Of a stretch of DNA of 64,000 nucleotides, positions 32,603 through 45,276 are shown in pieces. Position 1 is the stretch's first letter. Every line of letters starts with the position of its first letter. Where the stretch lies: positions 434,001-498,000 of the forward strand of contig JBODTK010000117.1 in assembly GCA_050613775.1 (NCBI GenBank), read 5' to 3'. The position numbers were made by a program, and so were the translations under genes. This stretch comes from Neocallimastix sp. 'constans'. Its lineage: Eukaryota. Under the pieces are notes generated by a model, which saw nothing but the letters and a program-made list of their open reading frames with translations, was not told the origin of the DNA and made no database searches.

Positions 32603-35600
32603 ATGAATGATAATAACAGCGAAAAGGAAGAAAATAATTCCAAGAAAGTACATAAAAGTTTAAAAGATAATCCACGTCCTTTCGCAACTCCTGCTTTAAG
32701 AAAGAAGAAAGAAAATGAGCTACATAATAAACCAAATAAAGTTTATAAAAATCAAATACTTCCTTCAATTTTAACTCAACCAAATATTAACAAAGAAAAA
32801 CAAAAAGAAAAGGAATTAAGAAATATAACAAGAGTAAGAGAAAGTAAAGAAGAAAACAACAATTATTCATCAAAAGGAAAGAAAAAAGTTGAATCTGAAG
32901 ATATACTTGTAATCGATAATGAAATAGAAGATATAGAAATGAATAAAGATAATCAACAAAATAAAACTAATACTTTGGAAAAATTAATTTCAACAAAAAC
33001 TAAAGAAACTAATAATGAAAATACTCAGTTAGTAAAAAGGAATATCAAAATGATGAATAATAAAGAACCTTACAATATTATGGATGATTTAAATAATCTT
33101 AAATCCAGTATTACGATAGGTCAACTCTTGAATGCATGTCCGAAAATTCGTTCACAATTAACTCAAGGTTTAAAGTTAGAAAAATCTAAAATAATTGGAA
33201 CTGTAGACAATGTAATAGCACGAACTTTATTAGTGAATAACTATGATCATAGCTACATAAGTAAAAGTAATGAAGTAGCCGAAGAAGACTTAGCAATGGT
33301 TGATGCAAGTGTTGACGGAGTACTAGGAAAACTTTTAATTGATTCTTGTAGTAACCTAAGCATCGTTACTAAGCAGTATTTTGATAAATTACCTGGTGAA
33401 TATGAAACAGTTGGAAAAAGTCGTGGAAGAATCCAACTAGCAACACAAGATGAAGAATACTCGGAAGGAATTATTGTTCAATTACCAGTAAAAATTAATA
33501 ATTATGAATTTAATGCGGACTTTAGAATTATTGAGAAAGAAGACTCATTTTATGATATGTTAATAAACTTTAAAACTCAAATCGATCATTGTTTATTTAT
33601 TCATCCGACCTTAAACAGTTTATGTAAACTTTTGTCAGAAAGTGAATACGAAGAAATAGCTAAAATAAATAATCAATATTATGATGAAGAAAGTATAATT
33701 TGCACTATTAGAAAAGTTAAAGAAACGAATAATGAAAAGGAAATTATAAAGGAATTAACTCCAATGGAATTTATTGAGAGTGATGAATTTTTAAGTACCT
33801 TAAATAAAGATTATAAAGAACAAATTATTAAAATTCTCAAAGAAATGATTGACATAGTTGCCACTTCAACAGAAGAACTAACTCCTTCTAAACTTTCACC
33901 ACATAAGATCCGTTTGAAAGCAAATGCAAAGCCAGTAAAATTAAGAAGTTATAGGTTAACTAAATTAAAATCAGATATCTTAAAAGAAGAACTTACAAAG
34001 CTTATTAAGAAAGGATTGATAGAACCATCCTGTTCAGAATGGTCATCTCCAGTAGTACTCATTCTAAAACACAATGGAAAGTGGCGCTTGTGTATTGACT
34101 ACCGAAAAGTCAATGATATGACAGAAAAAGATTCTTATTCAGTTCCATATATAGATGAAATTTTTGATAGTCTCGGAGGATCTAAAATATTTACAACTCT
34201 TGATTTATTTTCTGGTTTTCACCAAATCTTAATGGATGAAGAAAGCGTTGAAGTAACCACTTTCACTACTAAGTTTGGAAATTATCAATTTAAGGTTATG
34301 CCTTTTGGACTTACTGGAGCTCCCTCAACCTTCCAAAGAGAAATGAATAAAATTTTATTCCCTTTTATTGGTGAATTTGTTTATGTATTTATTGATGATG
34401 TTTTGATCTATTCAAAAAGTATCGAAGAACATTTAATTCATATTAAACAAGTATTAGAAGTATTTAAAGAAAACAAGTTAAAAATTAATATTGAAAAGTG
34501 CCATTTTCTTCAAACTGAAGTTGATGTATTAGGTCACAAACTTACTACTAAAGGATTAAGTCCCATGGAAAGTAAAATAACAGCTATTAAGAAGTGGGAA
34601 GCCCCTTCATCAATTCATGAATTAAGATCATTTCTAGGAGCAATAGGGTATTATCGTGACTTTATCCCTAAATATGCTCAAATTACCTCACCTTTATGTA
34701 AATTATTGAAAAAGAATACTAAATATGAATGGAATAAAGAACAACAAGAAAGCTTTGAACTCCTAAAAGAAAAATTAATCAATGCACCTATTCTAAAATT
34801 TCCGTCATTTGACAAACCTTTTATCATTAGAACTGATGCTTCGTATAATGGAATTGGTGGAGTTCTTTTACAAAAAGAAGAAGAAACCGGTAAGGAGCAT
34901 CCAATACACTTTATAAGTAGAAGTTTGAAGAAAACTGAAAAGAATTATGGTATCACAGATTTGGAAGGAACAGCTTTATTTTACTGTATGACTAAATTTA
35001 AATCTTATATTGAAGGAAATCCATTACCTACAACTATTTACACAGATCATAAACCATTAGTTGGTTTATTTAAGAATAAAGAACCTTTGAATGCAAGGCA
35101 AACAAGATGGTGTCTAACCGCTAGTATGCTTGGAATTAATATAAAATATGAATCAGGCAAAAAGAATGTGTTAGCTGATGCTCTTTCAAGAATGAAAAGT
35201 AAGGAAGAGAGAAAGATATTATTAACAAAAATTACTAATGGAAATAATGAAGAATTATTATCTAAGGTTATAAAGGAATTTATTAATGAAAAGTTTACTG
35301 TTATTGATGGTGAAGATTACTTTATCGACAATGGAAATTATAGAAAATTAATAACGGACGAAAATGAAAGGTTTAAATTAATTTTAGAAGCTCATAATAT
35401 TGGCCACGAAGGATATTACAAAACATATCAAAGACTTAAGAAAAACTTTTATTGGAATCATATGATTAAAGATATCAAAAGAATTGTTAGTAATTGTGAA
35501 AAATGCCAATTAAATCGTCCTCAACCATATCCAGAACCAACCGAAAACCATCCAACTAAAGTGGAGGGTCCCTTTGTGCATTTAGGATTAGATATTATAG

Positions 35601-36418
35601 GACCGTTACCAAAAACAAGAAATAATAATCAATATATTATAGTAACTGTTGATTACTTTACCAAATGGGTTGAAGCCGAACCCACTGAAAACATAACTTC
35701 CTCTGATATAATTAAATTTTTAATAAACGTTTTTGCAAGACATGGTGTACCTCAAGTTATTACTACTGATAATGGAGTCCAATTCACTTCTGATATGACT
35801 AAAATCTTTCTTGATCTTTATGATGTATATGTTAAATTTGTAGCTACTTACCACCCTGAATCAAATGGCCTTACTGAAAATCGAAATAAAGAAATTGGAA
35901 AATTACTCCGTTTATTAGGAAGGAAAAATCAAGATTGGGATGAAGTTTTACCTTCTGCTTTATGGGCACTTCGAACTACCAAAAATACAGCTACTGGACA
36001 TTCTAGTTTTGAATTAGTATATGGAAGAGAAGACCAACAGCCTTATGATATAGCCATAAGAACAATTGAAAATGCAGGTAAATCATATGATGAAATCTTA
36101 ATGGAAAAATTTGTTCGTCATTATCAATGGACTAGAGAAGCATGCGAAAATGTGAAGAATGCTAACAAGTATTGGGCAACAAGACGAGAAGAACAAATAA
36201 GTATGAAAAAAGGAAAAGAATTAAAGGCTGGTGATCTTGTTCTTGTTAGAAACTTTAGCCGCACTAAGCTAGAACCATATTACAATGGACCATTTAAAAT
36301 TTTAAAAATTCAATTCAACACGGCAACCCTAATCGATCAGAAGACTGGAAAGCAACTCGATAGGAATGTTCACTTTAAAAATTTAGTAAAGTTTAACTCC
36401 GCTTACAGAGAAGCTTGA
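32603..36418 (+). CDS. pol: G1 Pol (PR-RT-RNase H-IN); frame open from the slippery site at 32408
   Basis: LIDSCS, LDLFSGF, FIDD, TDAS, TDHKPL, H..GH..C..C, D..D..E, GPF. Confidence 0.95.
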   Translation: MNDNNSEKEENNSKKVHKSLKDNPRPFATPALRKKKENELHNKPNKVYKNQILPSILTQPNINKEKQKEKELRNITRVRESKEENNNYSSKGKKKVESEDILVIDNEIEDIEMNKDNQQNKTNTLEKLISTKTKETNNENTQLVKRNIKMMNNKEPYNIMDDLNNLKSSITIGQLLNACPKIRSQLTQGLKLEKSKIIGTVDNVIARTLLVNNYDHSYISKSNEVAEEDLAMVDASVDGVLGKLLIDSCSNLSIVTKQYFDKLPGEYETVGKSRGRIQLATQDEEYSEGIIVQLPVKINNYEFNADFRIIEKEDSFYDMLINFKTQIDHCLFIHPTLNSLCKLLSESEYEEIAKINNQYYDEESIICTIRKVKETNNEKEIIKELTPMEFIESDEFLSTLNKDYKEQIIKILKEMIDIVATSTEELTPSKLSPHKIRLKANAKPVKLRSYRLTKLKSDILKEELTKLIKKGLIEPSCSEWSSPVVLILKHNGKWRLCIDYRKVNDMTEKDSYSVPYIDEIFDSLGGSKIFTTLDLFSGFHQILMDEESVEVTTFTTKFGNYQFKVMPFGLTGAPSTFQREMNKILFPFIGEFVYVFIDDVLIYSKSIEEHLIHIKQVLEVFKENKLKINIEKCHFLQTEVDVLGHKLTTKGLSPMESKITAIKKWEAPSSIHELRSFLGAIGYYRDFIPKYAQITSPLCKLLKKNTKYEWNKEQQESFELLKEKLINAPILKFPSFDKPFIIRTDASYNGIGGVLLQKEEETGKEHPIHFISRSLKKTEKNYGITDLEGTALFYCMTKFKSYIEGNPLPTTIYTDHKPLVGLFKNKEPLNARQTRWCLTASMLGINIKYESGKKNVLADALSRMKSKEERKILLTKITNGNNEELLSKVIKEFINEKFTVIDGEDYFIDNGNYRKLITDENERFKLILEAHNIGHEGYYKTYQRLKKNFYWNHMIKDIKRIVSNCEKCQLNRPQPYPEPTENHPTKVEGPFVHLGLDIIGPLPKTRNNNQYIIVTVDYFTKWVEAEPTENITSSDIIKFLINVFARHGVPQVITTDNGVQFTSDMTKIFLDLYDVYVKFVATYHPESNGLTENRNKEIGKLLRLLGRKNQDWDEVLPSALWALRTTKNTATGHSSFELVYGREDQQPYDIAIRTIENAGKSYDEILMEKFVRHYQWTREACENVKNANKYWATRREEQISMKKGKELKAGDLVLVRNFSRTKLEPYYNGPFKILKIQFNTATLIDQKTGKQLDRNVHFKNLVKFNSAYREA

Positions 36419-36436
36419 GTCTTCGTCGGGGCATCT

Positions 36437-36932
36437 TGATAAGAATGTACTAAATAATGCATTCTTAATTAAATCTACGATTTATTTCTAATACATTATG
36501 TGTACATTATTATTTTTGTACTTTAATAAATTTTTAAATCCAAAGATCAAAAATTAAATCAAAAATTATATTAAACTTTATATTTTTATATTAAATCTTA
36601 TATTAATAGTAATATTTTTATATATTTAAAACTTATATTAGCAATATTAATAATAAATCTTATTTTTTTTATATTAATAATGAAAATTTATATTAATAAT
36701 ATTTTTATATATTGATAATTAAAAATTTATATATTATATTTTAACTTTTTATTATAAAATTTTATATCGAAATGTTTTATTTTATATTGAAAAATATTTT
36801 ATTTTATTAAAAACCTTTATATTAGAATAGTATTTTTATTTTTATTTGAATATTTTAACAGATTGTAATAAAAATTATAGCCAATTAAATAAATTCTTAT
36901 TAGTAATATTTTAGATATTTTTAAATAAATAA

Positions 36933-36976
<44 letters not shown>

Positions 36977-37275
36977 TTTTATTAATATTATAAATGTATT
37001 TTATTTATATTGTTATAATTAAATTTTATATAATTAATTATAAAAATCAATTTAAATTTAATAGTTTTTAAAAAAAAAAAATAAATAAAATGTAATTTAG
37101 TGGCAAGAACAACTTTTATGCCTTGAAAAAAAGTATAAATAGTTGTAAATTTTGCTACTAATTTTTAAATATCATCAAATAAAATCAAATAAATTTATAA
37201 ATAAAAATAATAAATAAATAAATAAAATTTGTGTTTCCTTACTTTATTTTTATTTAATTCTCTAAAACCTTAACA
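36437..37275 (+). repeat. G1 3' LTR
   Basis: Direct repeat of 29287-30125. Confidence 0.95.
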
Positions 37276-40200
37276 CGATACTGATATCGTTACATGGTCC
37301 TCCTCTAAGGATCGGATACCAGACGATCTTTGTTGAAATTATAACTGAATTGAAATCTCAATTTCAGTTATTCACATTTCAATATACATTTAATTAATAA
37401 TTAATATAAACTCTTATTTAGTATTTAAAGAATTATCTTAGGCCTAATAATTCTGAAAATATTAATAAATAAGATTTATATTAATAATTTCAATTATTTA
37501 CATATGACGTCACATGTATTTATTTATATTATGTTTATATATATGTTTATATCATATATATTAATTACTATTTTTAATTATTCAAATTAATTATACAAAT
37601 TAAATTTATTTAATTATATTAAATATTTTAAACATATCGATATTGTTATTATTTTAATATTTTATTAATATTCATTTTACTATATTATTATTATCTTATA
37701 ATTAAATACTATTATTATGTAACTTACAAAGTATAAAAGAAAGATGTAAAAATCTATCTTTTATGTTCTTTGTAAGGTTATTGTATTTACAATAATTATA
37801 TACTAATAATTCAATAAATAAATATTTTCATAAATCCTTCAAAGAAATTATTATTTAAAATATTCTTAGATATTAAGTGTTTAAATAACTTAACTATTTA
37901 TCTTATATTATTTTTATATTATTATTAATTAATTATTGTTGGATTATTGATATATAATTCAACATATTAACCTAGTAACGTTATTAATCATAAAACTATT
38001 TTATATCTTAATTTTAACAATCTTAGATATCAACTCGGAGAAGATTAAGAATATATCAGAAATAGAGAGAATCCATGAATACGGAGAAAATAAACGGATT
38101 AGAGTAGATTAGATTATAAGAAGAAAATATATTCCATGGAAAGATTATATTAAGAGTAGGTGAGCTGCATATCGGTAATGTGGTAGATACAATAAAGGAG
38201 ATTTCTTGATATCACTTGTTATTTTAAACAGAAGTCTTTCAGATGGCAGGTAGCTTGTTGTTCTTGATGGATGAGTAGTTTATTTCATAAAATTTTACTT
38301 TGCTCTTGATGGATAGATGATATTTTCTTCTTGAATATGACCACGTGATTTCAAAAGCTTGATGGATGAGTAACCGTTTTGGAGTAGTAAATTCCTTTAG
38401 TGAGAGATTTTCAATTCAATAGTAGAAAACAAGGTTATGAGGTAGAAGCCAAATTTAGAAGGTAGAAACCAAAATATAGCAATAGAGATAATTCGGAAAA
38501 GGTAGACCCATCAAGTTAGGCTTAGTTAATCTAAATTTATAAATATGCTTTGAATATAAAAATAATAATGTTAGCAAATGATTACGTTGAAGGGTGAATG
38601 GATGGATGACTCATCTACAACAAGGTAGTGAGTGTTATTTCAACGGGAGTCAATATTGTAACGATTTAGTGATGTTGCTCACTAGGTCGTTGTAGATGAA
38701 GTAAATAAATAAATTAAAAAAATAATAAAATTATATATTTTATGGTTTTATATTATATTTTATTTATTTATTATTTACGTTAAACAATATTGACTCGAAG
38801 AGTCAAAATAAAATAATAATACATGATATTTATATTCAAAGATAAAATTATTCTATTACATGATTGATTGATTATAAATGTATAAATATTAAATAATTAA
38901 ATAAATTTAATTAAATGAATGATTATTAATATTTTAAATAAATATAATTAAATGAATGAATTAACTAATAATTAATTAAATTATTTTATCAAAAAGGTAA
39001 AAGGTAAAATTCGAACTTATGACATCCACTATAGTAACTCAAGGTAGGTACCATTGAGTAACTTCAGCCAAGTTATAACGATATAATACAGAATGAACAA
39101 ATAATACTAATTGTGCTAGAATAATATAAATTATTCTAACCTTATAGATTATTCTATTCTATATAATTGGAACTTTCCAATATTCTTCAAATATTACTAA
39201 ATAGAAATCTTAAGTTAATAAATCACTAATTAACTTATAATTCCTTTTTGAATTATCGATCCGATTCCATTATAATGTATTAAAAATCTTTAGCCAAGAA
39301 TATTGTCCTTGCCCACTTAATATATTAATATTATATTTCTTTTGTATTATGTTATATTGAAAATAATCAAATCTATTTAATTAGTTATTAAAATTTTCGT
39401 TATCAATTTAAATTTATTTTTAATTACTAAATTTAACTAAACCACAATAAAATATTCTGTATAATCTCTTTATTTTTATTTTATATATATTAGTATTAAA
39501 CTATTATTAAATAATTAATAATTAATATATAACTACTATTTATAACAATAATATTATTAACTAAAATAATAATTCAATTTCAATTTAAATGTTTTATTTA
39601 TAAAAATAATTAGTAATTAGTTTATTAAAAAAATAGTTAGGCTTTACAAATTTTAATTTGATAAAAAAATATAAATACATGTAATTTTAGTGAAATAAAA
39701 TATAATCAATAACTTTCTTTTTATTAAATAAATAATTATATTATTATTTTTTTTTAAATTTAAATAAATAAATATTGATTTTAAAACAAATTATTTTTTT
39801 TTTATTATTGTAATTTTATTATTTGTGTTAATTATTATTATATTCCTAAAATTATATGAACCATACCATGAAAAATTGGTGGAGATATCGGGGAATATAA
39901 TAATAAATTAATACATTGGGGATAAAATTATAATATTAATAAATAATTTTTCTAATAAAACAAATATTTTTTTTAAAAAAGAAAACAATTTTTATATTTT
40001 TAACTAATTATTATTAATTGTTAAAAATATTAATTAATATTAAATTAAACTAATATTCGTGCATAGATTTCCGGGTTAAGTTTATCCTACATAGTAATTG
40101 GGCTAGTAGGCTCTGGACTGCTATTTTTTATATTGAAAATAGTAACCGTGGCACACGCGTGGCATGACACCTTTCAAGAGGTAAGCTGCACGTCAGACAG

Positions 40201-40369
40201 TGTGTACTATCAGATTGCACGATTATTATAATTTAATAAGTGATTAATAATAATAAATAATTAATAATTTTATTAGTTAAAAGATTTAATTTTTTTTTTA
40301 TTTTTACTTTTTATAACAATTTATACATTACGAGGTTTAGCATTCTATAGATACAATAAATTTTATTTA

Positions 40370-41287
40370 ATGAGAACATCCAGTACTTCCAGTACTCCAA
40401 CAGAGAGTACTCCAGAAAGTAAGCTTAGCTTCCGAGAATTAAAGAAAGAATTAAAAGATTTTGAAAAGCTTACTAAACAAAACCTAGACATCAATTCCTG
40501 GGCAAACGAGTTAAAGGCATGGATAAAATACCAACATATCAAGGATCCTGAAACTATTTTTACTGCTTGTATATTAACGTCTTCTGGAGAACCAAGAGAA
40601 ATTATCCAAGAACTAGAAGATGGAAATGACCTTACTGAAGATGAAGATTCTGATTTCGATAGCGATAGTGAAGGAGAAGATGATGAAGAAAGTGAATCTA
40701 CTAACACCTACCCAAGCCTTGATGAAATAATAAATCATCTGAAGACTTTCTATGGACTTAAAGAAGATCAAACCAATTTGTTACGAGAATTACGTTCCAT
40801 GAAAATAAAGAAGAACGAGAAAGTTAAAGATTTTAATGTCCGTTATAGATCTTTGTACCATAAATTGGATAAAAAGAGAAGAAGAAAAATTAGTGTTTTA
40901 GATTATGCAGATTCCTTAACCAATAATCCTGACGCATGGAGAAAGGTTATGCTTAAAGACCATATTTCTATTACCAAAGCGTTCGCTATAGCCGAAAAAG
41001 TTGATCGTTTATCTATTAAAAATAGTACTGAATATTATGATAAGACTCGTTACAATCTCCTTAACTCTAAAAGTAATTTTAATAAGAACATTTCAAATGA
41101 TTTTAACAAACCAAAAACCCACAAAAATGTATCTATAGAAAATCTCACTAACAAGATGAAAGAAATGAAAATTAGTACTTGCTGGTTTTGTAGCAATGAA
41201 GGACATACCAAACGAAACTGTCCTAAATTAAATTCTATATTGGAAAATAACCGCAAGAAGTTTTATGAAAATTATTTAAACCACTAA
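40370..41287 (+). CDS. gag: G2 Gag
   Basis: CWFCSNEGHTKRNC; homologous to G1 Gag. Confidence 0.92.
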   Translation: MRTSSTSSTPTESTPESKLSFRELKKELKDFEKLTKQNLDINSWANELKAWIKYQHIKDPETIFTACILTSSGEPREIIQELEDGNDLTEDEDSDFDSDSEGEDDEESESTNTYPSLDEIINHLKTFYGLKEDQTNLLRELRSMKIKKNEKVKDFNVRYRSLYHKLDKKRRRKISVLDYADSLTNNPDAWRKVMLKDHISITKAFAIAEKVDRLSIKNSTEYYDKTRYNLLNSKSNFNKNISNDFNKPKTHKNVSIENLTNKMKEMKISTCWFCSNEGHTKRNCPKLNSILENNRKKFYENYLNH

Positions 41288-41457
41288 AAGGGAGTAGAAG
41301 CACTCCCATCGTCAAAAAAATTGCTTCAGTCTGCCATCGTCCCAAAACAGTTGACTTAAAAGAAGATGATGATTATGAAGAAATTGCTGATTTCCAAGAA
41401 GGTACTACTACGGATTATTACGAAGATTTTGATGATGAGTCGGATGGTTCCAAAGAA

Positions 41458-44400
41458 TTGGATTACTTAGTAAACGTTATAAAGAGAAAGGCAAATCCTA
41501 AAGATGAAGAGACTAGTGACCAAAGAGGAAAGAGGGTTCACCGTAGTCTAAGAGATGATCCTAAGCCAATAGTTACTCCAGGTTTACGAAAACAAAAAGA
41601 AAATCAATTAAGGGGAACATCGCGACCAGTCAAAAAGCCAACAACTCAATTACATCCTTCGATTATGGCTCAACCCAGAATAGAGAAAGAAAAGAGGATT
41701 GAGAAAGAGCTAAGAGATAAGGAAAGAGCTAGTACTAGTACTTCTGTGGAAAATAATAAAAATAGTATTGTTAATATTATTAATGAAGAAACTTCTCAGG
41801 AAGGAAATAATTCTAAACAAACTTTAAATAAATTAATTCAAGAAAAATCATCAGAAAAGTCAACTGAAATTATGCCAACTAGAATTCCAAAAAGAATACA
41901 AATGCAAACTGATTGTGATAGTTATGACGTGATCAAAGATTTAAACTCCAGTAATTGCAATATTACATTTGGACAATTATTGGACGTTGCTCCAAAGATA
42001 CGGTCTCAAGTATCACAAGGACTTAAATTAGAAAAGAATAATACTAAAATTTCAGGTGCAGTGGATAATATGTGTGCTACTACAATAATAACGAACAATA
42101 TAGATCATACATATAAAAGTAAACATCATGAACCACAAGAAGATGATATTGCTATGGTTGATGTAATAGTAGATGGAGTTCGTGGTAAGGCTTTAATAGA
42201 TTCATGTAGCAACTTAAGTATTATCACAAAGCAATTTTTAGATAAATTACCTTATCAGTATGAACCTATAGGAGTTAGTGCAGGACGAATACGTTTAGCA
42301 ACGATGAATGATGATTACTCAGAAGATGTGTTAATCAAAGTTCCCGTAAAAATTAATGAACTAGAACTACTTGTTACGTGTAGAATTATAGACAAGGAGG
42401 ATCCATTCTATGATATATTAATCAACCTCAAAACTCAAATTGATAACCAGTTATTTATACATCCAATTAGATATAGTCTTTGTCGATTTAATGATCAAGG
42501 TTTAATTGAAGAAATTGCACCTATTAATAATGAATATGATGACGAAGAAAAATTATTATGTGTAATCAAAGCATTGAATCACCAAGAAGCTAAGCAACAA
42601 TTGAAAACGATTGAAGGATTACCACCCATAAAATATATATATGACACAGTTTTTCAAAGTGCAATTAATTCAAATTATAGAGAAGCTATTACTATATTAC
42701 TTGAAGAATATATTGATATAATTGCAACTTCTTCTGAAGAATTAACACCTTCAGATTTATCACCACACAAAATTATTCTTAAGGAAGGAGTTAAACCTAT
42801 TAAACAAAAATTTTATCGACTTAGTAAATTAAAAACAGATATCTTAAAAGAAGAATTAACCAAACTCATATATAAACGATTAATTGAACCTTCATGTTCA
42901 GAATGGTCATCACCAGTAGTACTTGTGCCTAAAAAGAACGGTAAATGGCGCCTGTGTATTGACTATAGGAAAGTAAATGAAGCAACTAAGAAGGATTCTT
43001 ATTCTTTACCAAATATTGAGGAAATTTTTGATAGCTTAGATGGAGCAAAAATCTTCTCAACATTAGATCTTTATTCCGGTTATCATCAAATATTAATGGA
43101 TGATGATAGTGTTGAAATCACTACCTTTACAACTAAGTTCGGAAACTACCAATTCAAGGTAATGCCCTTCGGTTTAACAGGTGCTCCAGCTACATTCCAA
43201 AGAGAAATGAACCGTATACTATTTCCCTTAATAGGAAAATGTGTCTATAACTTTATCGATGATATTTTAATCTACTCAAGAACTGAAGAAGAACACCTAG
43301 AACATCTTAAACAAGTCTTAGAAATATTCAAGGAACATAAGTTAAAAATCAATATCGAAAAGTGTTCTTTCATGCAAACTGAAGTAGAAGTACTTGGACA
43401 TAAAGTATCCTCAGAAGGTTTAAGTCCATTGGAAAACAAAGTTGAAGCTATTAAAGAATGGAAGGCTCCCTCTAACATTCATGAACTTCGATCATTTTTA
43501 GGAGCCATTGGATATTATAGAAATTTTATTAAGGACTTTGCAAAAGTTACTGCTCCTCTCTGCACTCTATTAAGAAAAGGTATTAAGTTTGAATGGAAAA
43601 AGGAACAAGAAGAAAGTTTTAAAATTCTTAAGGAAAGATTAATCAATGCCCCAATATTAAGATTTCCTAGATTTGATAGAGAATTTATTATAAGAACAGA
43701 TGCTTCCTATGATGGAATAGGCGGTGTGCTTTTACAAAAGGATGATGAAACTGGAAAGGAGCATCCGGTTCATTATATTAGTAGAAGTTTATCTAAATCG
43801 GAAAAGAATTATGGAATTACGGATCTAGAAGGTGCTGCTCTAATTTACTGTATTAATAAATTAAAATCTTATATTATGGGAAATCCTAAGCAAACTATAG
43901 TATATACAGATCATAGACCATTAATCGGATTACTTAAAAGTAAGGAACCACAAAATTCTCGTCATACTAGATGGTGTTTGACTGTCAGTATGTTAGGAAT
44001 TGATTTACGATATGAAACTGGAAAGAATAATGTTGTAGCAGATGCTTTATCAAGAATGAAAAATGAAAAAGAAAAAGTTGTCTTAACAACACAAATTATC
44101 AAGGAACAAGATGAAAACCTGCTTTCAAGAACCATTAAGGAATTTATTGAAGAAAAATTTACGACAATTGATGGTGTGGACTACTTTGTTGATGGCAATA
44201 ATTATAGAAAATTAGTTACAGATACAAAAGAAAAACTTCAATTAATTTTTCAAGCACACAGTATAGGACACGAAGGCTATTACAAGACATACCAACGTTT
44301 GAAAAAGAGCTACTATTGGAACAATATGGTTAATGACATTAAGCGAATTATAGGTAAATGTGAAAAATGTCAATTAAATAAATCTCAACCATACCCTGAA

Positions 44401-45276
44401 CCAACGGAAGATAAACCAACTGAAGTGGAAGGACCATTTACACACTTAGGATTGGACATTATAGGACCTCTAAGTAAAACCAGAAATAATAATCAATATA
44501 TAATCGTTGTGGTTGATTATTTTACTAAATGGGTTGAGGCAGAGCCCACTGAAAATGTTACTTCTCAGGATGTGATAAAATTTTTAATTAATGTATTTGC
44601 TCGACACGGTGTACCTCAAATTATCACTACTGATAATGGAACACAATTTACATCAGATATGACAAAAATCTTCCTTGATTTATATGATGTATATGTTAAA
44701 TTTATCACTCCATATCATCCTGAAAGCAATGGTTTAGTTGAGAATCGTAATAAAGAAATTGGAAAATTATTACGATTACTAGGACAACAACACAAAGAAT
44801 GGGATGAAATTTTACCATCTGCACTTTGGGCTTTAAGAACTACTAAAAACTCAATCACCAACCATTCAAGTTTTGAATTAGTTTATGGAAGGGAGGACCA
44901 ACAACCTTTTGACATTGCTGCCAGACCAACTAAGGGTATAAATAAGTCTTCTGACGAAATTCTACTGGAAAAATTTGTATCACACTACCAATGGGTAATG
45001 GAGGCCGCATCTAATATCAAAAATGCTTCGAAATATTGGGCTACTAGGAGAGAAGAAAAGACCAGTATGAATCAAGCTAAAAGAATAAAACCAGGTGATT
45101 TAGTACTAGTAAGAAACTTTAATCGAACTAAATTAGAACCTTACTTTGTTGGACCTATGAAAGTGGTAAAGAAACAATTCAATACAGTCACCTTAGCTGA
45201 TCCTGCTACTAATATACAAATGAATCGTAATGTTCATTTGAAAAATATTGTCAAGTTTAACTCAGCTTCTACCTAG
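41458..45276 (+). CDS. pol: G2 Pol (PR-RT-RH-IN), -1 frame relative to gag
   Basis: LIDSCS, LDLYSGY, FIDD, TDAS, integrase HHCC/DDE. Confidence 0.95.
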   Translation: MDYLVNVIKRKANPKDEETSDQRGKRVHRSLRDDPKPIVTPGLRKQKENQLRGTSRPVKKPTTQLHPSIMAQPRIEKEKRIEKELRDKERASTSTSVENNKNSIVNIINEETSQEGNNSKQTLNKLIQEKSSEKSTEIMPTRIPKRIQMQTDCDSYDVIKDLNSSNCNITFGQLLDVAPKIRSQVSQGLKLEKNNTKISGAVDNMCATTIITNNIDHTYKSKHHEPQEDDIAMVDVIVDGVRGKALIDSCSNLSIITKQFLDKLPYQYEPIGVSAGRIRLATMNDDYSEDVLIKVPVKINELELLVTCRIIDKEDPFYDILINLKTQIDNQLFIHPIRYSLCRFNDQGLIEEIAPINNEYDDEEKLLCVIKALNHQEAKQQLKTIEGLPPIKYIYDTVFQSAINSNYREAITILLEEYIDIIATSSEELTPSDLSPHKIILKEGVKPIKQKFYRLSKLKTDILKEELTKLIYKRLIEPSCSEWSSPVVLVPKKNGKWRLCIDYRKVNEATKKDSYSLPNIEEIFDSLDGAKIFSTLDLYSGYHQILMDDDSVEITTFTTKFGNYQFKVMPFGLTGAPATFQREMNRILFPLIGKCVYNFIDDILIYSRTEEEHLEHLKQVLEIFKEHKLKINIEKCSFMQTEVEVLGHKVSSEGLSPLENKVEAIKEWKAPSNIHELRSFLGAIGYYRNFIKDFAKVTAPLCTLLRKGIKFEWKKEQEESFKILKERLINAPILRFPRFDREFIIRTDASYDGIGGVLLQKDDETGKEHPVHYISRSLSKSEKNYGITDLEGAALIYCINKLKSYIMGNPKQTIVYTDHRPLIGLLKSKEPQNSRHTRWCLTVSMLGIDLRYETGKNNVVADALSRMKNEKEKVVLTTQIIKEQDENLLSRTIKEFIEEKFTTIDGVDYFVDGNNYRKLVTDTKEKLQLIFQAHSIGHEGYYKTYQRLKKSYYWNNMVNDIKRIIGKCEKCQLNKSQPYPEPTEDKPTEVEGPFTHLGLDIIGPLSKTRNNNQYIIVVVDYFTKWVEAEPTENVTSQDVIKFLINVFARHGVPQIITTDNGTQFTSDMTKIFLDLYDVYVKFITPYHPESNGLVENRNKEIGKLLRLLGQQHKEWDEILPSALWALRTTKNSITNHSSFELVYGREDQQPFDIAARPTKGINKSSDEILLEKFVSHYQWVMEAASNIKNASKYWATRREEKTSMNQAKRIKPGDLVLVRNFNRTKLEPYFVGPMKVVKKQFNTVTLADPATNIQMNRNVHLKNIVKFNSAST

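Larger units (their letters stand above)
29287..37275 (+). mobile_element. G1: intact Ty3/gypsy element, tRNA-Ala PBS
   Basis: 839-bp LTRs 29287-30125 and 36437-37275 (one substitution seen); TSD cgat; PBS tggtggagatatcgggg 30132-30148. Confidence 0.96.
28861..39083 (-). mobile_element. H1: non-coding LTR element (TRIM/LARD-like). 3' LTR 28861-29286 + 37280-37294, internal 37295-38656, 5' LTR 38657-39083 (last ~14 nt displaced beyond the window)
   Basis: Reconstructed LTR 441 bp with terminal inverted repeat tgtaacgat..atcgttaca; one difference seen between LTRs; no internal ORF; self-priming PBS sets orientation. Confidence 0.88.

Noticed and set aside
37295..37312. TGGTCC after the LTR as a plus-strand tRNA PBS (also 51306)
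   Set aside because: The E5 ORF and the self-priming/TATA geometry place both elements on the minus strand, so this is the PPT side
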